Shown: positions 11,052-21,942, counted from the first letter of the stretch. The stretch is 64,000 bases of DNA from Diplonema japonicum (GCA_964019335.1 OZ025740.1:334859-398858), one strand, 5' to 3'. A program made the numbers and translations. The notes: a model not told the origin generated them from the letters alone.

Positions 11052-12535
11052 ACCATACTCAGGGCTTACATCTCTTAGACAACACATCTCTTTGCTGTGA
11101 GATTTGAGCCTTGAGAATGAGGTGAACCCTGTGACAGTGACAACCCTGGCATTGGCTCAGAGATTGGACTGCACTTTTCTTTCGCTGGCTTGGGGATCTT
11201 TGCAGCTGTCTTCTTCTTCAGCTTTTCTGCCAATTTCGCTTTCACACCAGGGCTGTGTCTGCACTCCCAGTGCTCCTTCAACTTCCCTGATCTTGACTGG
11301 ATGGTCACTGCACGTTCAACACACTCAGGAGCAAGACACGGCCGCTTCTCCATGACCATGCCATCCTTTTCCTTTGTCACTATCTTGCCAAAGTAGTACT
11401 CCTTAGAAGGGTCGATACCATGTGCATCACCAACAGACCATGTCTTGTTGTCCCAGATGGATGTCTTGGGTGTTGTAGAACATTCCTTAGCAGGTGCTTC
11501 CAACATGACTAGTGCGTTTCCAGACGAGGTGTGTGTTGCCTTAGGTTGTAAGGCTTCAGCCTTCAGAACTTTGATGGTGTCTTGTAGCTCTGTGATTCGT
11601 GCTTTTGCAAGACCAAGTTTTGCCATGGTATCACAAAGCTGGTATGGGTTGTGGTTTATTGTCTTTATGGCCTCAAGATGATAAACCTGTTCATCTTCCA
11701 CATTTGGGGGGAAGTGGTGCAGGTACCCAGGATCCTGTGCATACTCACACAAAACAGCAACACAGCAAGATGCCAACAATCTTCCCATCCCAGACAGAAA
11801 CCATGTCGTCCTGTGTTGGTTTCTTGTGTCGCTCCCCTCTGGTGCCCCAGAAGTGGGCTCTGAAGGTTGTGCCTTCTCCTTTCCCCTTCATGAAATGCAA
11901 CATTTCATCATGGCTGAGGCCATTCTTGTTGCCAGTCTGGGTAAGGTCTTGTGTTTTCACATATTTCTGTGAGAACACAGTTTTGTATTGATTTCCTCCT
12001 CTTCTTCCTCCTCCTCTAGTTCAGATTTACCTGAACATAGCCCATGCCTGCCATGTTGAGTTGGCAGTCATGTTTCTGGTGCTTATCCTCTGCACCCCTT
12101 TCACCTTCTTCGCTACTTGGCACAGCTTCAGTGTCAGGAACAAAGAACAGAAGCAGAACAAGTACCACAATCATTTTATCTGTTAATTGTAAAAAATAAT
12201 ACAAAGAAAATGATAAACAAAGGCTAAATACTGTATAAATACACATCGACTCTGACAGTAATGCAACACAATGTGAAGCAACATGATGTGTTTTCTGTTC
12301 ACATTTCATTCACTTGACACAAAAAATGTGAAGTAACACAACACAACACACCAAAGTGTCGTTTTATATTGTACCATACAGTTTATAAAATATTTTCTGT
12401 GTCGAAATTTCTAAAAAAAACTCCAGAAGGGCTGCCCTTTCATAACTGAAAGTTAGATTTTTTCTTCTTCTTTTTTTTTTTTTTTTTTACATAATTTGTG
12501 TTGTACTTTTGTCATGATAAGGAATACATGCCAGG

Positions 12536-12569
<34 letters not shown>

Positions 12570-12572
<3 letters not shown>

Positions 12573-12646
12573 ATTGTACTTTTCTTGCAAGCCTCTTTTT
12601 AATATTATTTTTCAAAGCTGGTCCCCAAACCCTAAGACATTTTTTT

Positions 12647-12681
<35 letters not shown>

Positions 12682-13212
12682 TAGTCACAACAAAGGTAGT
12701 ATGAGCCTTGCCTAAGATCCCACCCAAACCTAGGACCTCTTTTTTTGAACTTTTGAAACCAAAAGTACCAAAAAAATGCAAGCCCCAGCCTAAATTTGGG
12801 TCTTTGTGACACAAAAAACACAAAGAAATTTTTTAGTCCCAAGAGTCCCCTGAGTCCCCTCCAGACCCCTGAGTCCCTTGAGCCAGTCCAAATACAACAT
12901 TTGATGTGGAAAGCAGAAACAACAGCTTGGCTTAGGTGTGCAAAAAAATGTGAGAAGACAAGAAAAAAAGAAGGGGAAAAAAAAAAAAGGTAAACACATC
13001 ATGTATGTCAAAAAAAAGCAAGGATTTTTTTCTCTTTTTTTTTTCCCCATTTTTTTTTTTTTTTTTCCAAAAAAGTTGCAAAACTATCAAAAATAATGAC
13101 AGTGTTGGGGAGAGTCCTGTGAGTCCTGTCAAGTCCCGTCCCGTGGAGTCCCATGAGTCCCATCCAGGCCTGTATTCCGTTTTAGGGGATGGGATGGGAC
13201 TGACCAACACTG
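12570..13212. mobile_element. hAT-family terminal sequences: right-end copy (12570-12880) fused to an inverted left end with TIR at 13212
   Basis: 12887-13212 is the reverse complement of 9251-9593; 12570-12880 is a direct copy of ~10685-10985; ends gactgaccaacactg. Confidence 0.75.
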
Positions 13213-14078
13213 CCCCAATAAAGTACAGAGCACTGATCACAAACTTGCAAGAAACATGAGGAAAAAAATAAAGTTACTTTTTTTGATGTTTCTAGCCAAA
13301 ACAAGGGAAAATAAATAAAGTCTACTTTATTTATGGGGTCCCCAGCCAAAAACACTAGGGGGGGGGGGCAAAAAGATAAATAAAAAAAGAAAGAAAGAAC
13401 GAGAAAGAAAAGGGAACCAAGAGGCATGTGAGCAGCCAACCACCTTGTCTATTTTAGTTTTCAAGATGTTTACCCTCTCCCCCCCCAAAAAAAATGAGTG
13501 AAAAAGAAAAGGGAAAAATAAGTGTAAAATAAGTTATATTCCGTGTACACTGAGTAGATGAAACCAACAACGCAAAACTGTACTCTGCCGTCAACCTTTA
13601 TTCTTTTTTGTTCGACTCTCTGTTTTCGTATGCAGTACTTATCCTTCTTCACCCCTTTTTATTTTACTTTTTCGCTTTTTACTACCCACTTGCAAAATCA
13701 TTTCAGCTGCCATCAAACGGTAGCAACACCCTAAAGAGCCGCGTTCAAAAGGAGGTACAAGCCATGTCAAGTACTCGTCTTTCAGGAAGATGCCCAAAAG
13801 TTGGATTAGGTGGCTCCAGTACTCTGCACTGGCAAAATTGAAAAAAAAAAAAAAAAAACCATTTTACCCATTACCATGTGACCCCCTGCCTCCCCAAATT
13901 TTCAACACATTTGAACGATTGGTACAATCAGGTCTTTATTTTCGGGAGGATATTCTTCTTTTTCTTCATCATTTCACTTCTGAAGTCTTCACGACAAGCA
14001 CACGAAAAATAACAACACACAAGCAAAAAAAGGTTTTTGTGGGGGAAAAGGAGGGGAAAGGAACGAAAAGAAAAGAAC

Positions 14079-15038
14079 ATGAATGGGAAGAGATCAGATG
14101 AAGGGGTGAACGATATGACAGTGTTCGTGAAGACAGGAGGCGAGGCTCACGATGTGGAAGTGTCGGGGAAGGAGACGGTGGGGAGCCTGTACAAGAAGGC
14201 GGGGTGTGCTGCTGGTTTACTCGAAGGCAGGTTCAAACTGGTTTGGGAGGGAGAGGTCCTGGACAGGAACAGTGGTGAAGAGGTTCATTCACTTGGGCTC
14301 GTGGAGGGCTCCGTGGTCCATGTGGAGGTGAACAAGAGGAGAACAGTCCGTCTGGAAGAGCTGAAGGACAAGAACTCAGAAGTGGTTTCTGAGCTTGAGG
14401 GTCTTGTGTCAGCTGACCCTGAGCTTGTTCTGGTGGTGGAGGTGGGGTACTCTCCAGCTGTCGAAGTCTTGTCCATGAGCAGCAGTGACCTTCCTTCTGG
14501 ACTTCGGTTCCTTGTTGTCACCGACTCCACAGGCTGTGTTACAAGAATAAAATCTTCGTTTCTTCTTGATAGCTATTACCTGACGTCTGTTGATCTCATC
14601 CTCCCCAATGTTTCTACCATTGGTGATCAATTTTTATCACTGTGTGAAAATCTTGAAACCATCGACTTGAATGGGATGACCAATCTTTATTCCATTGGTC
14701 ATCGCTTCTTGTCAGGGTGTGCAAATCTAAGAACCATCAACTTGAATGCGATGACCAATCTTTCTTCCATTGGTGATGACTTCTTGTTAGAGTGCGAAAA
14801 GTTAGAAACCATCGACTTGAGTTCCATGATCACTCTTTCTTCCTTTGGTTCTTCCTTCTTGTCAGGGTGCGAAAAATTAAAAATCGTCGACTTGAGCTCG
14901 ATGACCAATCTCTCTTCTGTTAGTTTTTGCTACTTTGCAGGCTGCCACAGACTAGAAACCCTCATTCTGAGAAGAAGTATTGACAAGTTTAACAAGGCTG
15001 AGATGCCAGCTAGGATAAGTGTAGTATACAATGAGTAA
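14079..15038 (+). CDS. Ubiquitin-like domain + leucine-rich repeat (BspA/LRR_5-like) protein
   Basis: MTVFVKT...TVGSL...FKLVWEGEVL...LGLVEGSVVHV (Ubl), then ~26-aa repeats LETIDLNGMTNLYSIGHRFLSGC. Start is 14079 or 14115. Confidence 0.8.
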   Translation: MNGKRSDEGVNDMTVFVKTGGEAHDVEVSGKETVGSLYKKAGCAAGLLEGRFKLVWEGEVLDRNSGEEVHSLGLVEGSVVHVEVNKRRTVRLEELKDKNSEVVSELEGLVSADPELVLVVEVGYSPAVEVLSMSSSDLPSGLRFLVVTDSTGCVTRIKSSFLLDSYYLTSVDLILPNVSTIGDQFLSLCENLETIDLNGMTNLYSIGHRFLSGCANLRTINLNAMTNLSSIGDDFLLECEKLETIDLSSMITLSSFGSSFLSGCEKLKIVDLSSMTNLSSVSFCYFAGCHRLETLILRRSIDKFNKAEMPARISVVYNE

Positions 15039-15045
15039 AAAGAAG

Positions 15046-15079
<34 letters not shown>

Positions 15080-15496
15080 AAAGTGCAAAAGAACCAGCAA
15101 AGCTTATGGAAAGAGATAAATTTTTCATTTGGTTTTCGGTTCCATTTTCGTTTTGATTTTATAGTTTGTGGTTTTAGACTTATTATTTTCTATTTATTGT
15201 CCACAGAGCGAATGCGGAGGCCATGGTCGGGAACGGTACTCTCCAAACCTGCTGGGACGCTAGTAGGAGCCATTGAAGGGTGCCTCTCGCCTGATGAGGA
15301 CAGCACCTGGAGGAGTTGCGAGATATGTCCGAAACTGAGAGATGCCTAGTACTGACCAAACCCCTCCCCTTCTTCTAGGGGCCTGTGGCTCTCACACGGA
15401 GTTTGCATGTGACATCATCTCTATTTATTTAATTTGGGTTTGCTAGTCTGGAAAAAGAAAAAAAAAAAAAAAAAAAAAAAAAAGCAATTGTTTGTG

Positions 15497-15823
15497 CTCT
15501 ATATTCGCTAAGTGACCCACCAGATTTGAAGAGCTAAAAAAATTTCTAATTGCTTTTTCTAGGGTTGGAATGGATTTATTTGCGTCTGGGGCCCAATGTT
15601 CGACATATGGAATTTTTTTTTGTAATAAAAACTTTTTTGGTGATTTGCCTTACTTTGTACTATACAAAATGAAGCAGCTCCAGTGGAAAAAACACGGCAC
15701 AAGTGGGGTTCGAACCCTGATGAAAAAACCACTGCGTCGGGATTCGAACCCGCGACTCCTCTGGAACAAGGGGGCCTGACAGGTGAGCATGGTAACCACT
15801 CTACCACAGGAATTCAAAACTCT
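15497..15823 (-). mobile_element. tRNA-Asp(GTC)-derived SINE-like element, uninterrupted copy
   Basis: Minus strand tcctgtggtagagtggttaccatgctcacctgtca..gcgggttcgaatcccgac shows an A box, a GTC anticodon loop and a B box. A second B box ggttcgaaccc follows, then a ~200-bp body shared with 5890-6111. Confidence 0.7.
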
Positions 15824-16092
15824 GACCCCCCATCTTTACTCACGCATCCGGCTTAGTGGGTGGAGTAGGTCCCTTCTTTTCACACCAGATATCCTCGCGA
15901 TACACACTCACGACGTGCCTCAGCCCATCAACACTGTGATGAAATAAACACAGAATAAGAGATGAGATAAAGGAGGTTCCTGTTCTGGAACGTCCTTGTC
16001 TACTTATCTCTACTTATCTACCCCTTTCCCTGTTTTCGAAGTCTAGTATGAGTTCCATTGTCTTATATTCACTAAATAAATACTGTAAAACG

Positions 16093-16170
16093 AAAAACTC
16101 CTGGACGGAAAAATGTCCGAGTTTTTTTGGTGTCCGGGAATTTTTCCGTCCAGGAGTTTTTCCGTCCGGG
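16093..16170. repeat. ~80-bp hairpin repeat; second copy at 17341-17425
   Basis: aaaactcctggacggaaaaat / atttttccgtccaggagtttt inverted pair, repeated directly at 17341. Confidence 0.7.
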
Positions 16171-16223
16171 GGTTTTTTTTAGGTAAGGCCGTCAGGGGGC
16201 CTGGTCCACTACTACCTACATAC

Positions 16224-17315
16224 TATACTGGCCCGGGCTGCAAGCGGCAACCGCGCGAAGAAACCCCCAGGGTTTGCTGCCCCTGAGGCAATCAGCTTGT
16301 CGAGCCTTCGTGTGACCCACTATTTATAACCTTTCTTAATAGATGCTTTACAGCTGCGTTCAACCCAATATCCATCGGTTGAACCATGTAGGTGAGCCCA
16401 GGGGGCACGTTTGTGCCTGCGAACAACTCTACGAACCCATAGGCATAGGTCGTATGAGAGTTGTGGTCGGCGACAAGCAGCAGAATCGGCCTGTTTGGCA
16501 AAACCATGGGAATCGATGATTTATAACAAAAAGGAAGAAACAGCTCCGTAACCCAGATACCGAGTGTATCATACTTAGCCCAATGATTGGGCGATGCCGT
16601 TAGGCTCCATTCGGTGGGCAGGTGCTTGACTGGGGCACGGATAATCCCTGCCAGTTGTGTTCCCGCTTTGCCTTTGTATTTAAGTTGCGGATGCAACCCA
16701 TCCAGCCAAGGAAACAGCCAGCTGTTCGGTTATAGCCCGTTTTGTCCCCCAAGCCACGGACTTTTACGACCTTAGCACCCCCTTTTCGTTTTGGTTTTTA
16801 ACTCCGTATTCCAGACCAATTCCGGCCTTACTTTATGGCCTGAATTCCATGGTGAAACAGCGTGCCCTCTCTTCTCGTTTCCGGGCTTTCCGGAGGTGGC
16901 TTGCGGCTTTTGTTTTTCTTGCTGCAAAGTTTGTCAGCCCAGCTAGTGGAAAAGGACAGTGCCCCACCAAAGTCTACCAGGTCTGTCTTTCGGGCTGGAT
17001 TGGCGCACAACAGCCCTTCTGTATAGGTGCATATTTGTTGTGCTGGGATAGGCTCGCCAAGCCCGTTTTACCTATCGACTCAAGTAAAAACCTTGGCAGT
17101 CCCTGCCTCGGTCAGAAGAGGTTTGCGGCCGACGGTAAAGGGCAGCAACAGGTTCAACAGAGCCTCCAGTTTCTTCCAGACGGAAATACTGGACGTTGCT
17201 ATTCCACCCTACCACACCCTGGCCGCCGCGACGCCGTGATAGCAGCGCCGGGATTTAGCATCCTTCGGGGCTGAAGCTGCTTTCGGGGGTTTGTTTGGCC
17301 TTCTCGGCCCAGTGT
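16224..17315 (-). pseudogene. pogo/Tigger-like (DDE_1) transposase remnant with possible imperfect TIRs
   Basis: NHWAKYDT...ILLLVADHNSHTT...VPPGLTYMVQPMDIGLN; upstream FSTSWADKL resembles a CENP-B-type HTH; candidate ends ta-tactggcccgg / ctcggcccagtg-ta. Confidence 0.65.
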
Positions 17316-17600
17316 AAGGAGTTTATCTCCTTCTTCCCAGAAAAACTCCCAGACGGAAAAATGTCCGGGTTTTTTTGGTGTCCAGGGGTTTTTCCGCCCG
17401 GGAGTTTTTCCGTCCGAGAATTTTCCAAAAGAAAAACAAGAGTTTCCATTCCATTTTTTCCCATTCTCTTCTTTATTTCTCGCTAGCTGAACAAAGCTGC
17501 CTCTCGACTCTTTTTTTTAAAGCTATAATAACACTTCATATACAGTTCAAGCAAGGATAAAAAGAAAGAGAAGGAAGAAGTAAAACAAATAAAGTAAAAT

Positions 17601-19997
17601 ATGCGTCTGCTTGCGTTGTTGTCGCTGCTGGCGACCTGTTGCGGGAAGCGGTACTTCGCCGACACAGCACTGTGGCACCAAGACCGGTCCGGGTCTGCGA
17701 AGCACCCCGACTCCGACAGGGTGATAGCGTGGATGGAGGCGGGGAACGGGTTCGGGACGGCGAACCAGTTTCGAGCGGACCTGTCGTTCCATCTGTTTGA
17801 GGTGAACGGGAGCACACCGTGGCGGGCCTTCACGAAGACGTCGGAGTTCTACGACAGGGAGTGCGACCATGCGGTGATGCCGGTTCCCGAGTTTGGGAGG
17901 ATCGAGGGGGAGGCGGACTACCACTGCGCAGGGGGCGGGGACTGCCACCTCCTCGCAGTCGACTACTCGAAGAACAAGATCTACGAGATGTGGAGGGCGG
18001 AGATCGGGAACGGGCGCTACAACGGGAACCCCTTCCACGGGGGGTGCACGTCGGTGTGGGACATGTCGGAGGCCTATGGGTGGGACGTTCCGGTGTCGGA
18101 TTTTTCGAACTACGGGAGGGGGCTGGACTGCACGAGCGCGGACGCGGCGGGGATCCCGATCACCCCGATGCTCTTCACGGCGGACGAGCTCGCGAGCGGG
18201 GTGATCGACCACGCCCTGCGCTTCGTGCTCCCGAACAAGAACCTGCGGGCCCGAAAGTACGTGTACCCGGCGACCCACTCGACGAACCCGACGAGGGGCC
18301 CGGACTCGGCACCACCCTACGGGGCGCACCTCCGTCTGAAGTCGATGGCGGACCTGCAGGCGCGAAACCCGTCTGTCGACTTCGGGAAGCTCCCTTCGGG
18401 GGCACAGGTCATCATCACCGCCCTGCAGACGTATGGGATGTTCATGGCAGACGGGGGAAACGTCCCGCTCATCGGGCTGAGCGACCACTACACGACCGCG
18501 AAGTACTGGGACCGCGCGAACTACGCCTACGGGGACGAGGACCCCAACAGGCTCTTCCACGAGCACGACCTGAAGTTCCTCTCCCCGGGCGACTTCGACA
18601 TGCTCGACAACGGTGGGCCCGTCCGCTCCCTCGGTGACGTCGGTTGCTCCCTCCGCTTTCCCTGGTCGGAGCCCACCAACGCTCCCCCGGTTCCCCTCTC
18701 TCCTTCTCCCGACACACCTGCCCCGGCCACTCCTTCTCCTGCAACACCAGCTCCTCTGACACCTTCTCCGAACACACCTGCACCGGTCACACCTTCTCCA
18801 GACACACCTGCTCCGAACACACCAGCTCCTCTGACACCTTCTCCGAACACACCTGCACCAGTTACTCCTTTTCCTGCAACACCAGCACCTTTGACACCTT
18901 CCCCTGGTACACCTGCTCCGGAAACAGCCCTCCCTGCAACTGCACCACCGCAGACACCTTCCCCTAACACACCTGCTCCCATGACGCCTGTAACACAGCC
19001 ACCTGTGACCCCAGCACCTCTGACATCTTCCCCTGACACGCCTTCTCCTGCTACCCCACAAACAACTGCTCCTGAAACAGGAGCCCCCCACACACCTGCT
19101 CCAGAAACAAGAGCACCAGACACTCTGGCTCCAGTGACTGGCCTTCCAGTTACACAGACGACAGCAATTACCCAACCACCCGTAACTGGCCTTCCAGTTA
19201 CGCAGCCCGGCATCCCTGCCACACTTTCTCCAAGCACACCTATTCCTCACAGTGTCACTTTAGCTCCGATCACTGGTCTACCAAGTGCAACTATGAACCC
19301 CTCGCCTGTAACTGCAGTACCCCTGACCCTGGCACCCTCCACACTGGGACCTCTTCCTGCAGGGACCACTTACTCACCTGGGACAACAGCCCTTCCTGCA
19401 ACACAGGCACCTGACACGAGCTCACCTTCAACGGCAGCACCTTCCACCCTTTCCCCACTCCCTCCTGGAACCACCTATGCACCTGGGACAACAGCCCTTC
19501 CTGCAACACAGGCACCTGACACGAGCCCACCTTCCACAAGTGTGCCCAAAACATCAGAACCTTCAACCCTTGCCCCCCTGCCCCCCGGGGTAACCTATGC
19601 ACCAGGGACAACGGCATCCCCCACGACACGGGCCACAGACCCTCCTCCTCCTGGGGCAACAACTGTACCTGCTGGGTCTGCCACAAAGGTGCCGAGGACG
19701 ACGACAGGTTCTCCTGCTGCTGCGACAGATGCCCCGAAGACGGATTCCCCTGTTGTCGGTGGGGAGAAGACGGAGGCACCTCAGACTGAAGCTCCCGATG
19801 GTGGTGATGGGGTGGCGTGGTGGGTCATTGTCCTCATTGCGGCCTTGGTGCTGGGGTCGTGTGGTGCTTTGCTGTGGAGGCAGAGGAGGAAGAAGGAAGA
19901 GGTGACACTTACCGAGATGCTGAAGGAAGTAGATAACGATCTTAACCAGGGAGTCCAACTAACAGCTGAGCCGAGATACGCCCCTGCACAAATCTAA
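17601..19997 (+). CDS. Type I surface protein copy 1: signal peptide, ~340-aa globular domain, Pro/Thr mucin-like stalk, TM, short tail
   Basis: MRLLALLSLLATCCG; GDCHLL..YEMW..TSADAAGIPI..IDHALRF..YVYPATH..PYGAHLRL..LQTYGMFMADGG; TPAP/TPSP repeats; WWVIVLIAALVLGSCGALLW then RQRRKK. Confidence 0.9.
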   Translation: MRLLALLSLLATCCGKRYFADTALWHQDRSGSAKHPDSDRVIAWMEAGNGFGTANQFRADLSFHLFEVNGSTPWRAFTKTSEFYDRECDHAVMPVPEFGRIEGEADYHCAGGGDCHLLAVDYSKNKIYEMWRAEIGNGRYNGNPFHGGCTSVWDMSEAYGWDVPVSDFSNYGRGLDCTSADAAGIPITPMLFTADELASGVIDHALRFVLPNKNLRARKYVYPATHSTNPTRGPDSAPPYGAHLRLKSMADLQARNPSVDFGKLPSGAQVIITALQTYGMFMADGGNVPLIGLSDHYTTAKYWDRANYAYGDEDPNRLFHEHDLKFLSPGDFDMLDNGGPVRSLGDVGCSLRFPWSEPTNAPPVPLSPSPDTPAPATPSPATPAPLTPSPNTPAPVTPSPDTPAPNTPAPLTPSPNTPAPVTPFPATPAPLTPSPGTPAPETALPATAPPQTPSPNTPAPMTPVTQPPVTPAPLTSSPDTPSPATPQTTAPETGAPHTPAPETRAPDTLAPVTGLPVTQTTAITQPPVTGLPVTQPGIPATLSPSTPIPHSVTLAPITGLPSATMNPSPVTAVPLTLAPSTLGPLPAGTTYSPGTTALPATQAPDTSSPSTAAPSTLSPLPPGTTYAPGTTALPATQAPDTSPPSTSVPKTSEPSTLAPLPPGVTYAPGTTASPTTRATDPPPPGATTVPAGSATKVPRTTTGSPAAATDAPKTDSPVVGGEKTEAPQTEAPDGGDGVAWWVIVLIAALVLGSCGALLWRQRRKKEEVTLTEMLKEVDNDLNQGVQLTAEPRYAPAQI

Positions 19998-20582
19998 GCT
20001 CTCTGCAATTTCCCATTCTTCTTTTTTTGTTTTCTTTGAGCGGAGTAATCGTACGTATTGTGTATATTTTGTGTGCTTGACATTGTTTTCTCCTTTAACA
20101 GCAAAGCAAGTGACCACCACCATCATGTCTACTGCACACACCTCCTTATCTGGAGCCTGTGTCCGATATTTCATGCACAGATCCCTATCTGGTAGGTAAT
20201 ATTGACTGGATGTCTCCATATGGTGGCCGTTTGCACTGCAAGAAATAGATTGGATTTCTTTTTCTTTCCCCCCTCCACCCCCCCACACCAAACGATGCTA
20301 AAGTTTGTTTCTTATACTTTTCTTTCCCCCTTGTTATTTTGTTAGTTGGTAGCAGGGAGGGCCACCCTCCACCCCCCTCTTCTTTTCTTTTCCTTTGAAA
20401 AAGAATAATTAGGAAAGAGAGAAACATTGAATATTATGATGAACTTTTTTTTCTTTTTTTTTTCTTCTCAGTGAGCACCCCCATGCACACTGAAATTTTA
20501 TCGAGTTTCTTTTTTTTTCTCATCAGCGAGCACCCCCCATGCACACTGAAACTTATATGAATTTTCTTGCAATCCGGTGTGG

Positions 20583-20616
<34 letters not shown>

Positions 20617-21129
20617 AATATATTAGTGAACGGAACAACCTTCCAGGCATGGTACCCACACTTGACGTGCTGAAGCATTCATGGCGGCACAATTTTTGTT
20701 TATTTTGCTTTTTCTTTTTTTTCTTTTCTTGACCATTGTGGCCAAGTGTGGATAAATTCCAGGATCTTGTTTTTCTGTTTGACAACCTTGGCTAAAATAC
20801 CCCTCCCTCCCTTTGAGTAAGAGGACCGGGGGCTCCGGTTGCAATTTGGGGTAGCCATAAATGTAGCCCAACTTGCAAACCGTTTTTTACCTTTTTCTTC
20901 CTACTTTCTTCGCCTTCTTTGCACTAACTCCTTTTCATTCTTCTTTTCCAGCTGCTTGGTTTATATTATGAAATGCGAAGGCGGCCCTCCCCCCTTTTGC
21001 CCTCTTCCTTCAGTTGGCTTCCTACGATACTTTGCGTTGCATGCCACCCCCTCCCTCCATTCGTTTTTTCATTTTTACAGTTTTTCTTTTCCGTTCTCTA
21101 ATTTTTTTTTTTTTTTTCCTCTTTTTATA

Positions 21130-21689
21130 TTGGGTCGGTGACGACCGACTCTGTGCTCTGGGGGCCGATGTTCAAGATGCAGTCGCCAAACGTGATTGCA
21201 TGCATGCATCCTGTGGGGTCACATGATGGCGCCCTACCGACTGCTGGGCTGCTGTGCACGGTGGCAAGTTGGGAGAATCGAACGTACGACTGTGGGAACG
21301 GATGGTACACGTGCCGGCCACTACTAGCTGAGCGACATGGAGCTTACCGGGTCTTGTGGGAGTAGGAGCCCCGCGTGTTGTACCTGACCCTGAAGAATGC
21401 GAGGTGTATGCGAGGCAGACCAGTCCCACCCTGGCGGATGCTCACGGTGGGAAGTGCGCGTCCGATGAGGAGAGTTCTGCTCAGGCCGCTCCACTTCGCT
21501 GCATCGGTGGCCCGACCACAAATGGATACGACAGGAGGCCATTTGCCGGAGTTGAAGACAATGCTGTGCATGGAAGCCCTGTGGGAGAGATTCTGGTCGA
21601 TGACCCCCCCCCCCCCCCCCCCCCCCCCGACGAGACTGCCATGCAGTCTGACCACAAGCCCCCAGAACGTGGACAACGGTGAGCGCTAA
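21130..21689 (+). pseudogene. Possible decayed paralog of the saposin-like gene at 31669
   Basis: Same position in the tandem unit; GC-rich reading frame broken by TAG at 21363; only faint matches (ggtgac start, LCMEAL vs TCNEVL, cgtggac..aacgg end). Confidence 0.3.
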
Positions 21690-21942
21690 AACGCATACCT
21701 CAAAAGATATAGTGTTTTTTTTTTTTTTTTTTTTTTTTTTGCAAGAACGAGTCTTTGACTTGTCTAAAACAAAGGAGAACGTTGGCAACGTGTTTCGGTT
21801 GAGAAACTTCTCCAGGTTTTACCCGGCACGTACAAACAACGGCCAGTTCTTATTTTTCTTTTTTCTTTCTTACCATCACTTTTGTTCAAAAGATTAAAAA
21901 CAAAAAAAAAAAAAAAAAAAAAAAAACAAAAAAGAAGTAAAT

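Larger units (their letters stand above)
8377..12190 (-). pseudogene. hAT-superfamily transposase pseudogene, split by the 9251-11051 element and by the 7673-8376 MITE
   Basis: BED-like finger CLAPEC...KEHWECRH (11075-11788 ORF), LPF motif and LLVDGAT putative catalytic Asp (8850-9248 ORF), KTRWNSFF (8357-8884 ORF); stops and frameshifts. The 5' boundary is approximate. Confidence 0.75.

Noticed and set aside
15730-15813. Functional tRNA-Asp gene
   Set aside because: Anticodon and acceptor stems do not close, extra sequence follows the anticodon, and it is embedded in a repeated element.
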